Assembly: GCA_965660655.1 (NCBI GenBank)
Contig: CBFIAW010000002.1
Location: 1 to 59,201 of the forward strand
From: Candidatus Thalassarchaeaceae archaeon
GTDB lineage: Archaea > Thermoplasmatota > Poseidoniia > Poseidoniales > Thalassarchaeaceae
Direction of reading: 5' to 3'
Length of the DNA stretch: 59,201 nucleotides
Position 1 is the stretch's first letter; every line of letters starts with the position of its first letter. Positions 1 to 8,673 of this stretch are shown here, in pieces. The notes under the pieces are model-generated. The model was given only the letters and a program-made list of their open reading frames with translations. It did not search any database and was not told where the DNA came from. Made by a program: the position numbers and the translations under genes.

Positions 1-1359
1 TTGCGGACAATAGCAAAGAGGGATTCAATTGTGAGTATGGTTGCTGAAGGCTCGATTTCACCAAGTGGATCACTGTCTACTTACCAGCCCAAAGTAGCAG
101 AGATGGGAGAGCTTCGTAGGAAGAAGAGAGAGTTATCCGATACGGATGATGTGGCCGAGCTTCTAACATCTGAGATCACTCATACGCCGATTGTAGGACT
201 AGTCGTTCTAGCGATTGTGTTGACCAGTTCAACCCTGAGTGCGGCTATGGGCTCGGGGCCATTGATTCTGGTTGCTTCGGGGGTTTTCTGCTGCATCATC
301 GTTTTCCTGATAAGGAGCCGAACTAGAGGGCTAGAGTTAGAATTGCCTCACTTTCTTGGAATGGAGATGCCGATTGCACTGACAATAGCCGGTGTATGCA
401 CGATTCTGGTATCGGGACATGTTTTCCCACCCGGTGGCAGTCCGCACAAGTTGCTAGACATGGCTGTTGCTTCTGTACTGGTGTTGGTTCTATTGATGAT
501 CTCCCTGTTGCATCAGAAGAATCTTCTAGACAGGATTTCTATCGCTATTGACTGGTTTATTCTCCCACTATTATTGGCTCGTCTGGTGGCGGTTGCTTTG
601 GGAGGGGCTCTTCCCCCTCCAATGCTGGTGGATCCATTCGACGGCGATCAATTAGAATGGACTGGTCCGTGGTTGCTTCTGGAATCTATTCTAGTCCTGT
701 GTGTTTTGGTTGGTTACTGGGTGGATGAGAAAAAGAAATCCCTGGGCAGGGAGAATAGGGACAGTGGCATTGGGATTGGATTTCGTTGTTTGGCGATTGT
801 GATGTTGTCTTTCGGGCCTGCGGGACTGCTTGCTGCTTCTAGTGCCTGTTTTCGTAGTATTAGGAATTCCCAACCATCGGGCCTCGGGGTTGCCCTTCCC
901 GCTGGAGTTCTAGCTTGTTTTACTCTCCTGGCTTGGAATGGGTCATTGCTGGATTCTTTCGGCGAACTGGTTCTGCTTCTTGGAGTGGTGGTTATGGTGG
1001 CTTGTGCGCTCTCCGTCCCGCTTAATCTGGAGAAGTGGACCATTACTCTGGCTGTTGATGGTCATTTGTTCGTAATCTCGGGGGCAATCCTGGTGGGGGT
1101 GGTGGGTGGGTTCGAACTCCCGATACTTCTGATATTGATGTCGACCACGGTATGGGTTGTCGGTATCCTGCAACTTAGGAAGGGGCTGAGGGTTTGGGGC
1201 CTTGCAGATTTAATCGCGGCTCTCCTCTGCTCGTTTGTATTTGCTTCCAAGGGGGTAGATCAGTACGATATTTTACTGGGGATGACTGCTCTGGCGCTGG
1301 AGTTAGGAATCATTGCTTGGCTCGGATTATCAAAACAGGATGAGTTGCGCGGGGACTAG
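1..1359 (+). CDS. Polytopic integral membrane protein of unknown function (ORF runs to the window edge and may be 5' truncated)
   Basis: 452-aa ORF. A charged ~60-aa N-terminal segment is followed by about a dozen hydrophobic helices (e.g. IVGLVVLAIVLTSSTL, MAVASVLVLVLLMISLL, LVLLLGVVVMVACALSV). No catalytic motif recognised. Confidence 0.5.
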   Translation: MRTIAKRDSIVSMVAEGSISPSGSLSTYQPKVAEMGELRRKKRELSDTDDVAELLTSEITHTPIVGLVVLAIVLTSSTLSAAMGSGPLILVASGVFCCIIVFLIRSRTRGLELELPHFLGMEMPIALTIAGVCTILVSGHVFPPGGSPHKLLDMAVASVLVLVLLMISLLHQKNLLDRISIAIDWFILPLLLARLVAVALGGALPPPMLVDPFDGDQLEWTGPWLLLESILVLCVLVGYWVDEKKKSLGRENRDSGIGIGFRCLAIVMLSFGPAGLLAASSACFRSIRNSQPSGLGVALPAGVLACFTLLAWNGSLLDSFGELVLLLGVVVMVACALSVPLNLEKWTITLAVDGHLFVISGAILVGVVGGFELPILLILMSTTVWVVGILQLRKGLRVWGLADLIAALLCSFVFASKGVDQYDILLGMTALALELGIIAWLGLSKQDELRGD

Positions 1360-1477
1360 TCCCGAAGTGCCAACGTTGATGACGGGCGGACAATTCTACA
1401 GTCTCGTGACGAGGTCGTGGATATCGGACACCCCTGACGAGGTTGAGCATCCCCCCATACCTCTAGGACTAAACAAG

Positions 1478-2368
1478 ATGGCCGTACCAAGGGCGGCACT
1501 AGTCCTGTCAGTAATCACTGGATTGGGCCTGTTAGTGTCCACCGTCTGGGTGGGCCTATCGGCAAAGGCATTCCTAGATGATTTAGAAGCATCTTTCGGG
1601 ACCACCGATGTCGAAATTCTGAAGGAAGACGGGCGTTGGTTATGGGAAGTTGGGCTGCTTTTTGACACGTGTTCCCCCAGAGAAGATGACTGGCAGTGGC
1701 CGGATTCCCTTGCAGAACAAGATGATGTTTTTCTTCTCCCGGGAGAGCTTCGTTGTGACTGGCAGCATCAGGGAGAAGGGGATACTGCTAGCATAGTGGT
1801 TCACAATAGGGCAAATCAGACTCTCAATCTTGTATTGGAGATTAGTGGAGGGGGAGTAGTCTTCTCTGCGAATAGTCAACCATATGTAATAATCAACGAG
1901 TTGGGGGCGAATGACAGCACCATTATGGAAATTGAGCTCATTGAGTCGGTATCTGAGCGAGAGATTAGCGTTACAGCCACTCACATTTCTGTTCTTCAAG
2001 CCCAAGTTAGATTGGATGTCAGCATCTTTCAGGGGACTGAGAGCAGGGACATCCACATCCAAGAAGGTGATTCTGTGGAAGTTCACTATACAGTATGGGA
2101 TGCAGATACAGGCGAAGAGTTAGATGACGGGGTTTGGGTGGAAACTGCTGGGGAACCAGTGGGTTCGATCGAAGGTTTTGGTTGGTCAGCGATTGGACTT
2201 GATATCGATAATGACAGGGGAGGTGGTTTTCCACTCATTGATACCGGGACATCTCACGTGACACTCCTCCCACCGCCAATAGCATATGGAAATAGCGAGG
2301 GTCACGAACTAGAGGAGACTTGGCTGAGATTCGAATTGAAGTTGGAGAGAGCGCCAATCTCTGAGTAA
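1478..2368 (+). CDS. Membrane-anchored protein with a beta-sandwich middle region and a divergent FKBP-type PPIase-like C-terminal domain
   Basis: The ORF spans 1313-2368. The ATG at 1478 (MAVPRAALVLSVITGLGLLVSTVWVGL, a TM anchor) or at 1379 avoids overlap with the upstream gene. The C-terminus reads GDSVEVHYTVWDADTGEELDDG...GFGWSAIGLDI...LLPPPIAYG...LRFELKLE, which resembles the FKBP pattern GD.V.VHY.G...G..FD / G...GM / IPP.LAYG / L.FEVEL. Confidence 0.5.
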   Translation: MAVPRAALVLSVITGLGLLVSTVWVGLSAKAFLDDLEASFGTTDVEILKEDGRWLWEVGLLFDTCSPREDDWQWPDSLAEQDDVFLLPGELRCDWQHQGEGDTASIVVHNRANQTLNLVLEISGGGVVFSANSQPYVIINELGANDSTIMEIELIESVSEREISVTATHISVLQAQVRLDVSIFQGTESRDIHIQEGDSVEVHYTVWDADTGEELDDGVWVETAGEPVGSIEGFGWSAIGLDIDNDRGGGFPLIDTGTSHVTLLPPPIAYGNSEGHELEETWLRFELKLERAPISE

Positions 2369-2404
2369 TTGTCGCGAAAGTGACTTGACTAAGTCCCAAC
2401 GGGA

Positions 2405-3712
2405 ATGGTCATGGAAGGAGAGGAGCATGTGCCCATCGTTCCATCAAAGAGGGGGGTGACCAATGCGAAAAAGAATATCAAACCAGAGGCTTCCAGAAAG
2501 GGTGAGCCCGCATTCTTCATGAACGAGGGGATGAAGAGGCTATCCACCCCGTGGTCTGTTGCCTCCATCAGGGCCGGACAGGTTGACCCTCTTTCCCTAC
2601 CTGCGGGAGTGATACTTGACGCAGCTGTTGGCTCAGGTGTTCAACTGATCGCTTTCTCCAAGATCCTGAAGAGGCCGGCACTAGGCATTGAATTGGACAA
2701 TGAGGTAGCCAAGCTGTGTGCTGCAAATATGCAACTCAACTCTGAAGGCGAAGTGCAACGCTCGTTAGATCGAGTCTTAGTGGGAGATGGACGTGCTGCT
2801 GAATCTGCAATTACAACATACTGGACCAGCCTAAGGGATTCTGGTACGCGGGCCCACCCCCCCATAGCAATGCTTCACCTTGATCCGGCTAGGCCAAGGG
2901 ATGCACAGAACCACAGCCTTGACGAGATGGAGCCAAATATCAAGGAGGTTCTGAAGGCCTGGAGCGCCCGTTTACAGGTTGGACCTAAGGGTCCGGCGGT
3001 GCTACTGGATCTATCGCCTAGACTGGATACTGTACAACGAGCCATGGTCGATGGCATCCTTGAGACGACCTTTCCCGGAGCTTCATGGACATGGGAGTGG
3101 CTTAGTAGAGGGGGTGGAAGAATTGACAGGCTCTCGGTCTGGATTGGTTCTCTTTCATCGAATAGTTCGAAAAGATGCATCAGAGTTGGGAGGAAGAATA
3201 TCATTGCAAGCATCGAAGGAGAGGGAGCGGGGGCTAACACATCTCCGTTCAATAGCGTACTGGAAATCCCTCGAGGGGCCTACTTGACGATAGTCGATCC
3301 AGTGCTAATAGAGAGTGGCCTCCAAAACTCCTGGCACAACAAGGCAGTTGCGAGTGGAACTGGGTCATCTTGGGTTAGAACAGAAGGAAGAAGGCCGATC
3401 CTAATCCATACTGATGAGATCTCGGAAGATGATGGGGTTCGGGGATTCGTTGTAGCTACCGGACGAATTGTGCAACACCGACTCTCCGCCCCGGAATTGA
3501 ACACCATTGACCAAGTTGCATCATCTGTTGCGAAGAAGGGGATTTCGAATATTACCCTTAGATGCAGTCTGGACCCAGAAAAACATCCAACCCTCCAGAG
3601 GAGGATTACTAAGGAGTTGAAGGGAGTTGAAGGTACAAAGGGTTTCATGGTTGACATGGACCTGCAAAGGCCCACTGGAACTCAGAAGCTGTATGTCGTT
3701 TGCAAGGAGTAG
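2405..3712 (+). CDS. Class I SAM-dependent methyltransferase (N-terminal MTase domain plus C-terminal THUMP-like/unknown domain)
   Basis: Motif I is VILDAAVGSGVQLIAFS (D/E-x-G-x-G-x-G type). LHLDPARP resembles the (F/I)xDPxRR motif of this MTase family. 435 aa. Confidence 0.6.
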   Translation: MVMEGEEHVPIVPSKRGVTNAKKNIKPEASRKGEPAFFMNEGMKRLSTPWSVASIRAGQVDPLSLPAGVILDAAVGSGVQLIAFSKILKRPALGIELDNEVAKLCAANMQLNSEGEVQRSLDRVLVGDGRAAESAITTYWTSLRDSGTRAHPPIAMLHLDPARPRDAQNHSLDEMEPNIKEVLKAWSARLQVGPKGPAVLLDLSPRLDTVQRAMVDGILETTFPGASWTWEWLSRGGGRIDRLSVWIGSLSSNSSKRCIRVGRKNIIASIEGEGAGANTSPFNSVLEIPRGAYLTIVDPVLIESGLQNSWHNKAVASGTGSSWVRTEGRRPILIHTDEISEDDGVRGFVVATGRIVQHRLSAPELNTIDQVASSVAKKGISNITLRCSLDPEKHPTLQRRITKELKGVEGTKGFMVDMDLQRPTGTQKLYVVCKE

Positions 3713-3772
3713 GGGCACTACAAGAAAATGAACATGTCCAATCGGTTCAAATAGGGACTGTAGTTCGCGAGG

Positions 3773-4282
3773 ATGCCCAAAAGGCCACCGAAAGGTGAAC
3801 ACGGGGGAACCGTAATGCCAAAAGTCAACGAAGCAGAACTTGGAGATGACTTCTCTTACATAGTCAGAATTGCTGACACTGACATTGATGGATTGAAACC
3901 CATTACCTATGGACTTGCATCCGTCAAGGGTGTTGGAATTAGAACTTCAATGATGATTTGCAGGTTGTCTGGCATAGATGGCAATAGACTAGGTGGCCAT
4001 CTGTCTACCGATGAACAGGATCAACTAAGGAAGGCTATCGACGATTACGCGACCAATGTTCCTTGGTGGATGGTAAATCGACAGAGGGATTTGGAATCAA
4101 ATGAAGATGCCCACATCATTGCTAACGAAGTGAGCATGACCAAGGACGATGATGTGGCGAGGCTCGCTGAGATCAAGACTTTCCGCGGAATGAGGCACAG
4201 GAGCGGCCACAAGGTCAGAGGCCAGAGACTCAGGTCAAATGGTCGAAGGGGCTCTGCACTGGGCGTCCAGAGAAAGAAGTGA
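3773..4282 (+). CDS. rps13: 30S ribosomal protein uS13 (S13P)
   Basis: FSYIVRIADTDIDGLKPITYGLASVKGVGIRT is the archaeal S13 N-terminal signature, and the C-terminus is basic (RGQRLRSNGRRG). An alternative ATG at 3815 gives a more typical N-terminus. Confidence 0.9.
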   Translation: MPKRPPKGEHGGTVMPKVNEAELGDDFSYIVRIADTDIDGLKPITYGLASVKGVGIRTSMMICRLSGIDGNRLGGHLSTDEQDQLRKAIDDYATNVPWWMVNRQRDLESNEDAHIIANEVSMTKDDDVARLAEIKTFRGMRHRSGHKVRGQRLRSNGRRGSALGVQRKK

Positions 4283-4291
4283 GGTGAGAAA

Positions 4292-4918
4292 ATGGGCGAG
4301 CCGAAATTCTCTAGGCCACGGACACAGACTCCGACACATCCTTGGAAGCAAGCAAGAATTGACGAGGAGCATGATCTCAAAGAAAGATACGGACTGAAGA
4401 AAATAGGCGGAATGAGGGAGATCTGGAAGGAAAAGTCCGCACTCAGAAGGCACCGAAATCAAGCGATGAAGCTTATCGGCAGGGTTGACTCGTCAGAGGG
4501 ACACTATGCAAAGGAGATGGAACAACTGCTGGAGTCTCTTTCTAGGAAGGGTTTGCTTCAGACGGGCGCGGACATAGGAGACGTGCTTGAGATAAATGTT
4601 GAGCACATGCTTTCCAGGAGGCTGCAATCATTAGTCTACTACAAGGGACTTGCACCTTCCATGAGGGCAGCGAGGAACCTGATCGTTCACGGACATATTT
4701 GTATTGGCGAACAGCGGATGACTGTCCCAGGGTATCACGTCCTAAAGGAAGAGGAGGATTCCCTTCAATACAGTTCAAACTCTCCCTTCGGAGATCCTGA
4801 ACACCCGTTCAGGAAAGACTTGGAGACTATGAGATATCAAGATGAAGACGAGGAGTCCGCAGAAGCCGATGAATCGGCAGATGAGTCTGAATCCTCGACT
4901 GACAAGGAGGAAAAGTAA
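4292..4918 (+). CDS. rps4: 30S ribosomal protein uS4 (S4P/eS9-type) with an acidic C-terminal extension
   Basis: MGEPKFSRPR..THPW..ARIDEEHDLKERYGLKK..REIWK plus an S4 RNA-binding domain (RRLQSLVYYKGLAPSMRAARNLIVHGHI). The tail is DEDEESAEADESADESESS. Confidence 0.9.
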   Translation: MGEPKFSRPRTQTPTHPWKQARIDEEHDLKERYGLKKIGGMREIWKEKSALRRHRNQAMKLIGRVDSSEGHYAKEMEQLLESLSRKGLLQTGADIGDVLEINVEHMLSRRLQSLVYYKGLAPSMRAARNLIVHGHICIGEQRMTVPGYHVLKEEEDSLQYSSNSPFGDPEHPFRKDLETMRYQDEDEESAEADESADESESSTDKEEK

Positions 4919-5298
4919 TGGGGCACAAAGCAATTCTGCACATTTACAGCACGTTCAACAACGTGCTGATTACAGCTACTGACCTAACCGGCGCCGAGAC
5001 AGTGTGCAAGGTTTCTGGAGGGATGGTTACCAAGGGCGGTAGTGACTCGGGGGGCCAGTTTGCTGCTACTAGAGCTGCAGAGAAGATTGCTGAGATGCTG
5101 TCTGAGAAAGATTTTGACCAAGTCATCGTGAAGTACAGGGGTGCTGGGGGGAATGGGTCGAACAGTGCTCCTGGTGCGACGGCTGCGATTAGGGCATTAA
5201 CTCGTGCAGGAGTCAGAATAACGAGGATCGAGGATGTAACTCCCATGCCGACTGATGGCACCAAGAGCAAGGGTGGGCGAAGGGGCAGAAGAGTTTGA
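4918..5298 (+). CDS. rps11: 30S ribosomal protein uS11 (S11P)
   Basis: ILHIYSTFNNVLITATDLTGAETV...RGAGGNGSNSAPGATAAIRALTRAGVRITRIEDVTP. The start overlaps the uS4 stop (TAATG). Confidence 0.9.
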   Translation: MGHKAILHIYSTFNNVLITATDLTGAETVCKVSGGMVTKGGSDSGGQFAATRAAEKIAEMLSEKDFDQVIVKYRGAGGNGSNSAPGATAAIRALTRAGVRITRIEDVTPMPTDGTKSKGGRRGRRV

Positions 5299-5312
5299 AT
5301 TGAGGTGAAAAA

Positions 5313-6200
5313 ATGGTTAAGATCAAGATACTAAAAGAGACAGAAGACAAGATACAGATACTTCTCTCGAAAACCGACAGGAGTTTTGCCAATGCGCTAA
5401 GGAGATCCTTGATCTCTGATACGCCCAAGATGGCAATTGACAGCGTCAGATTCCAACTTGGGACAAAAGAGCAAGATGAGGAGATATGGGAGACCACCGG
5501 ACCTCTTCCGGACGAAATGGTGGCCCAGAGGCTTGCCATGATTCCAATTCCCACAGTGCATGACAAGTTCCACTTCCAAGATGAGTGCCCCAATTGCAAA
5601 GATTTGGTGGAAGCAGACAGAGGGTGCTTGGAATGCCAGATGATTTACACCTGTGTGGTATTTGGTTCTGAAGGAGGTCGATGGGTGACCGCTGGAGACA
5701 TGAAGTATCTCGGAGAAGAGTCTCTGGAGATTCCAGATGAGTACAAGAGCATCCCAATTACCAAACTCCTCAAGGGACAGATGATTGAGTTCTACGCTAC
5801 TGCTATTATGGGGCGTGGTCGAGATCACACCAAGTGGTCACCGGTATGTGGTGTATCCTTCCATCCGAGAAGGATTGCTACCCTCAATAACAAGAAGAAG
5901 GCGAAGATCCTGTGGGACATGGATTTAGAGATCACAGCTAAGGACTTCGACAAGGACGGGAAGTTGAAAGATTTCGATAAGATTGCAACCCTAACCGACG
6001 AGTTGAATCATGTTGGAGATGGGACTGAGGCTTCGAGAGATTTCGGTGAAGCAGTGACACTGGAAGAAGTCGCGGGGGAGTTCATCCTGGAATTCGAGAC
6101 CGATGGATCAATGGATCCGAAATCTGCCTTCCTAAAGGCGGTTGAAGAGCTCGCAGGAAGGTTTGGTTCTCTAGAACAGGATCTTTCGGCCGCGCTATGA
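5313..6200 (+). CDS. rpoD: DNA-directed RNA polymerase subunit D (Rpo3)
   Basis: FANALRRSLISDTPKMAIDSVRF is the alpha/Rpb3/Rpo3 dimerisation-domain signature. The gene follows S13-S4-S11 as in the conserved archaeal cluster. There is a Cys cluster, CPNC...CLEC. Confidence 0.9.
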   Translation: MVKIKILKETEDKIQILLSKTDRSFANALRRSLISDTPKMAIDSVRFQLGTKEQDEEIWETTGPLPDEMVAQRLAMIPIPTVHDKFHFQDECPNCKDLVEADRGCLECQMIYTCVVFGSEGGRWVTAGDMKYLGEESLEIPDEYKSIPITKLLKGQMIEFYATAIMGRGRDHTKWSPVCGVSFHPRRIATLNNKKKAKILWDMDLEITAKDFDKDGKLKDFDKIATLTDELNHVGDGTEASRDFGEAVTLEEVAGEFILEFETDGSMDPKSAFLKAVEELAGRFGSLEQDLSAAL

Positions 6201-6233
6201 CTTCCAATAATTCATTACCTCTTCACTGGATGG

Positions 6234-7217
6234 GTGACTATGCCTACTGCACTCGGTAGGGGACAATGCGGCGGACATATTTCGCTATTCTTCACTATTG
6301 AGGATGCCTTCGATGACCCTGTTGAACAGGGCAGCAGAGGTGCCGGGCTTTGCTTGATGGATGGGGTAGAAGCGATAGCCAGAGGAGAAGACGGCGAAGG
6401 TGGATTAGCAGTCAGATTTCAAGATGAAAACTATGACTCTTCAATGTATGAAGATGTCCTGGAAGAGTTGGTAAAGGAAATTCCTGAGATAAGGTCCTTC
6501 GATTGGGAGTTAAACATCAGGATGTCTTTGCCCGCGTCACAAGGATTTGGTATGTCTGCTTCGGGTGCAATTGCATCTGCAATGTCCATTCAAAGGGCAA
6601 TTGGGATACCACACGAAGAGTGTCTTCGAAGGTCCTTCGTGATTGCCCACATTGTTGAGAGAAAGAGATCCAGTGGACTTGGGGACACAACAGCTCTTTC
6701 TTCGGGGGGTGTTGAAAGGAGAATCGTGGCGGGTTCACCATTTTCTGGCAGTTTACTCGATCGGGGGCCAGGGATATCAGAGGGGTGGGCAGCCGAAGTC
6801 CCGCTTCTTCTGACTTGGAGGGAGAGGACTGGGAAACATACCTCGAACTACATCGATAACGCTGACTGGAAACTGAAAATTAGCGATGCGGGAGCATCCG
6901 CAATGGAAATTATTGAGAGTGGTCAGTGGAATTCAGACAGATGGACCGAACTTATCGAAAGGTCACTTATCTTTGCCTCTGAAAGTGGATTAGAGGATGA
7001 TGCATCGAGATCTGAGATAATTGACTCAGCAAACAGAGCGATTATCGAGTCTGGTTTCTCTGGGAATCTTACAGCACTGCTTTGCATGTTGGGGGAGAGT
7101 GTTGCGATAGTCCCAAATGACCACCAAGACAAAGGTGAATGGGTTGAGGATCTTTCTTCGGCTCTAGAGAGTAATGGCTTCTCCACTTTCTCAAGTAGAA
7201 TCGGTTCTCTGAGGTAG
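6234..7217 (+). CDS. Pantoate kinase-like GHMP-family kinase (archaeal CoA pathway, COG1829-like)
   Basis: GGHISLFFTI...GSRGAGLCL, GHMP motif PASQGFGMSASGAIASAMS, and AHIVERKRSSGLGDTTALSSGGVERR. These parallel the PAHITAFF / GS.GAG / GFG.SAGGALG / AH.AEV...GLGDV motifs of characterised archaeal pantoate kinase. GTG at 6234 or ATG at 6240. Confidence 0.65.
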   Translation: MTMPTALGRGQCGGHISLFFTIEDAFDDPVEQGSRGAGLCLMDGVEAIARGEDGEGGLAVRFQDENYDSSMYEDVLEELVKEIPEIRSFDWELNIRMSLPASQGFGMSASGAIASAMSIQRAIGIPHEECLRRSFVIAHIVERKRSSGLGDTTALSSGGVERRIVAGSPFSGSLLDRGPGISEGWAAEVPLLLTWRERTGKHTSNYIDNADWKLKISDAGASAMEIIESGQWNSDRWTELIERSLIFASESGLEDDASRSEIIDSANRAIIESGFSGNLTALLCMLGESVAIVPNDHQDKGEWVEDLSSALESNGFSTFSSRIGSLR

Positions 7218-7222
7218 TTGTC

Positions 7223-8302
7223 TCAGGACTTCGAATTCTGGTGGAATTCCTCAAGTGGTTTCAAGTCCAAGGGACTGGAATCTAGCTTTATTGCCCCTCT
7301 CAGTCTTAGTCCATCGCAGAACCCATGCCGGTAAACAATGGCTCCCTGTCCGTATTCTGCAACATACCTGTCTACCTGCTTCTGAGTTTTCTTCTTCGGG
7401 AACTTTAAATCTGCACCAAAGAAGTGCTTTGCATCAATCCAAGCACATGGAACTCCATTGATTCTGACATCATCGAGGAGAAGGAGGTCTGGGGTAATTA
7501 TCGCCCTGCCTTCTTCCCTCTTCTGCTCTTTCAGAAGGTCTTCCTGGCGACGGAATCTGACTCCTAATGAGTCGAAATAGCCACACAGAATTTCCTCAAA
7601 GACCTCGGCCGCAGTCTGAGTCTCCGTTTGGTTTACCGAACTTACCCTGTCTACTGACTCAGCGAGTTCAAACTGTTCCATGTCCCTTTTGTTTAATTTC
7701 GAGGGGTTCTTGTTTAGTGTATCCTTGATTCGGGTCTTTGTCCATCCACGTCCCGTCAGTATAGCTCTGAATGTATTGACTGGGGGTGCATCGAACCTCT
7801 TCGAAAGAGCGATGACGCTTTCTCCGGAGTCGTACCTCCTGCTGAGTTCATTGGATCTACGCATCAACTTTGAGTGCGAATATACGCTCTTTTCCTGATT
7901 TAGTGCTGCCCTTAGTGAAAGAGCCTGCTCCAGGGTGATTGGCAGGCCGTCAAGCTTTACTGCAATCTCCTGGACTCTTTCCTCGGGAAGGAATCCGAAT
8001 TCCCCGGGGATGCAGGCTATCTTCCCTGCCTTACTCTGGACGTCCCTGGCGACTGCTTTGGTTTTCCATTTGATTTCGACTTTCTCCGGGGGTGGGTTGA
8101 TTTCTTTTGGTATCCCCATCGGTCTGGGACTTACTGTGAACCTCTCTAGGGCCCTTTCAATCTCCTCCGATCTTGCGCCCGTGCCGTTCCTCTTTGGAGG
8201 ATTATTTTCCGTCCTTGGACGGCGGCGGCGCCTCCGACGCCCTCGACGTCGCTTGGCACTCTCGTCTTCACTCAATGGCAATGCCAGATGTCGGAGCCCC
8301 AT
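7223..8302 (-). CDS. CDIN1/C15orf41-like 'TPD-motif' protein with PD-(D/E)XK nuclease fold and a poly-arginine N-terminal extension
   Basis: The C-terminus reads ITPDLLLLDDVRINGVPCAWIDAKHFFGAD...YGQGAIVYRHGF. This matches the TPD...WI(E/D)xK..FG(D)...G.G.V(I)Y..GF pattern of the TPD family (PD ... D/E-x-K). The N-terminus contains RRRGRRRRRRRPR. Confidence 0.55.
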   Translation of the reverse strand: MGLRHLALPLSEDESAKRRRGRRRRRRRPRTENNPPKRNGTGARSEEIERALERFTVSPRPMGIPKEINPPPEKVEIKWKTKAVARDVQSKAGKIACIPGEFGFLPEERVQEIAVKLDGLPITLEQALSLRAALNQEKSVYSHSKLMRRSNELSRRYDSGESVIALSKRFDAPPVNTFRAILTGRGWTKTRIKDTLNKNPSKLNKRDMEQFELAESVDRVSSVNQTETQTAAEVFEEILCGYFDSLGVRFRRQEDLLKEQKREEGRAIITPDLLLLDDVRINGVPCAWIDAKHFFGADLKFPKKKTQKQVDRYVAEYGQGAIVYRHGFCDGLRLRGAIKLDSSPLDLKPLEEFHQNSKS

Positions 8303-8321
8303 GAACCCACCGTGTCAAAGA

Positions 8322-8666
8322 CTACTTTCGCATACGGGCGTAGAAGTCATAGAAGTAATCACGGATTGGCCATGGAACCAACATCATCGCTGATGCCAAT
8401 GACCATGGAAAACTAAGTTTCCCACATGCCCTCCAGATGGCCGCACTCTTCGAATACCAATCTCCTCGTTTAGAAATGAGGAAAATAGAGTCGATGCCCT
8501 CGAGCCTCTTTGGGATCGCCCTCATGATTTCCAGACCTTCGGAACTATTCTGTCCAACCAAATTTATCCTTGATTCTGGATCCCTCCTTCGGATGAATTC
8601 GGCCCATCGGACGCATTTGCTGCATTGATCATCGAAGAGGATGACATTTGGATTACTAGAAGACAT
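8322..8666 (-). CDS. Thiol-disulfide oxidoreductase, DCC family (DUF393)
   Basis: VILFDDQCSKCVRWAEFIRRRD matches the (Y/F)DGxCxLC...RD signature. The small size (114 aa) fits. Confidence 0.65.
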   Translation of the reverse strand: MSSSNPNVILFDDQCSKCVRWAEFIRRRDPESRINLVGQNSSEGLEIMRAIPKRLEGIDSIFLISKRGDWYSKSAAIWRACGKLSFPWSLASAMMLVPWPIRDYFYDFYARMRK

Positions 8667-8673
8667 TCTTCAC

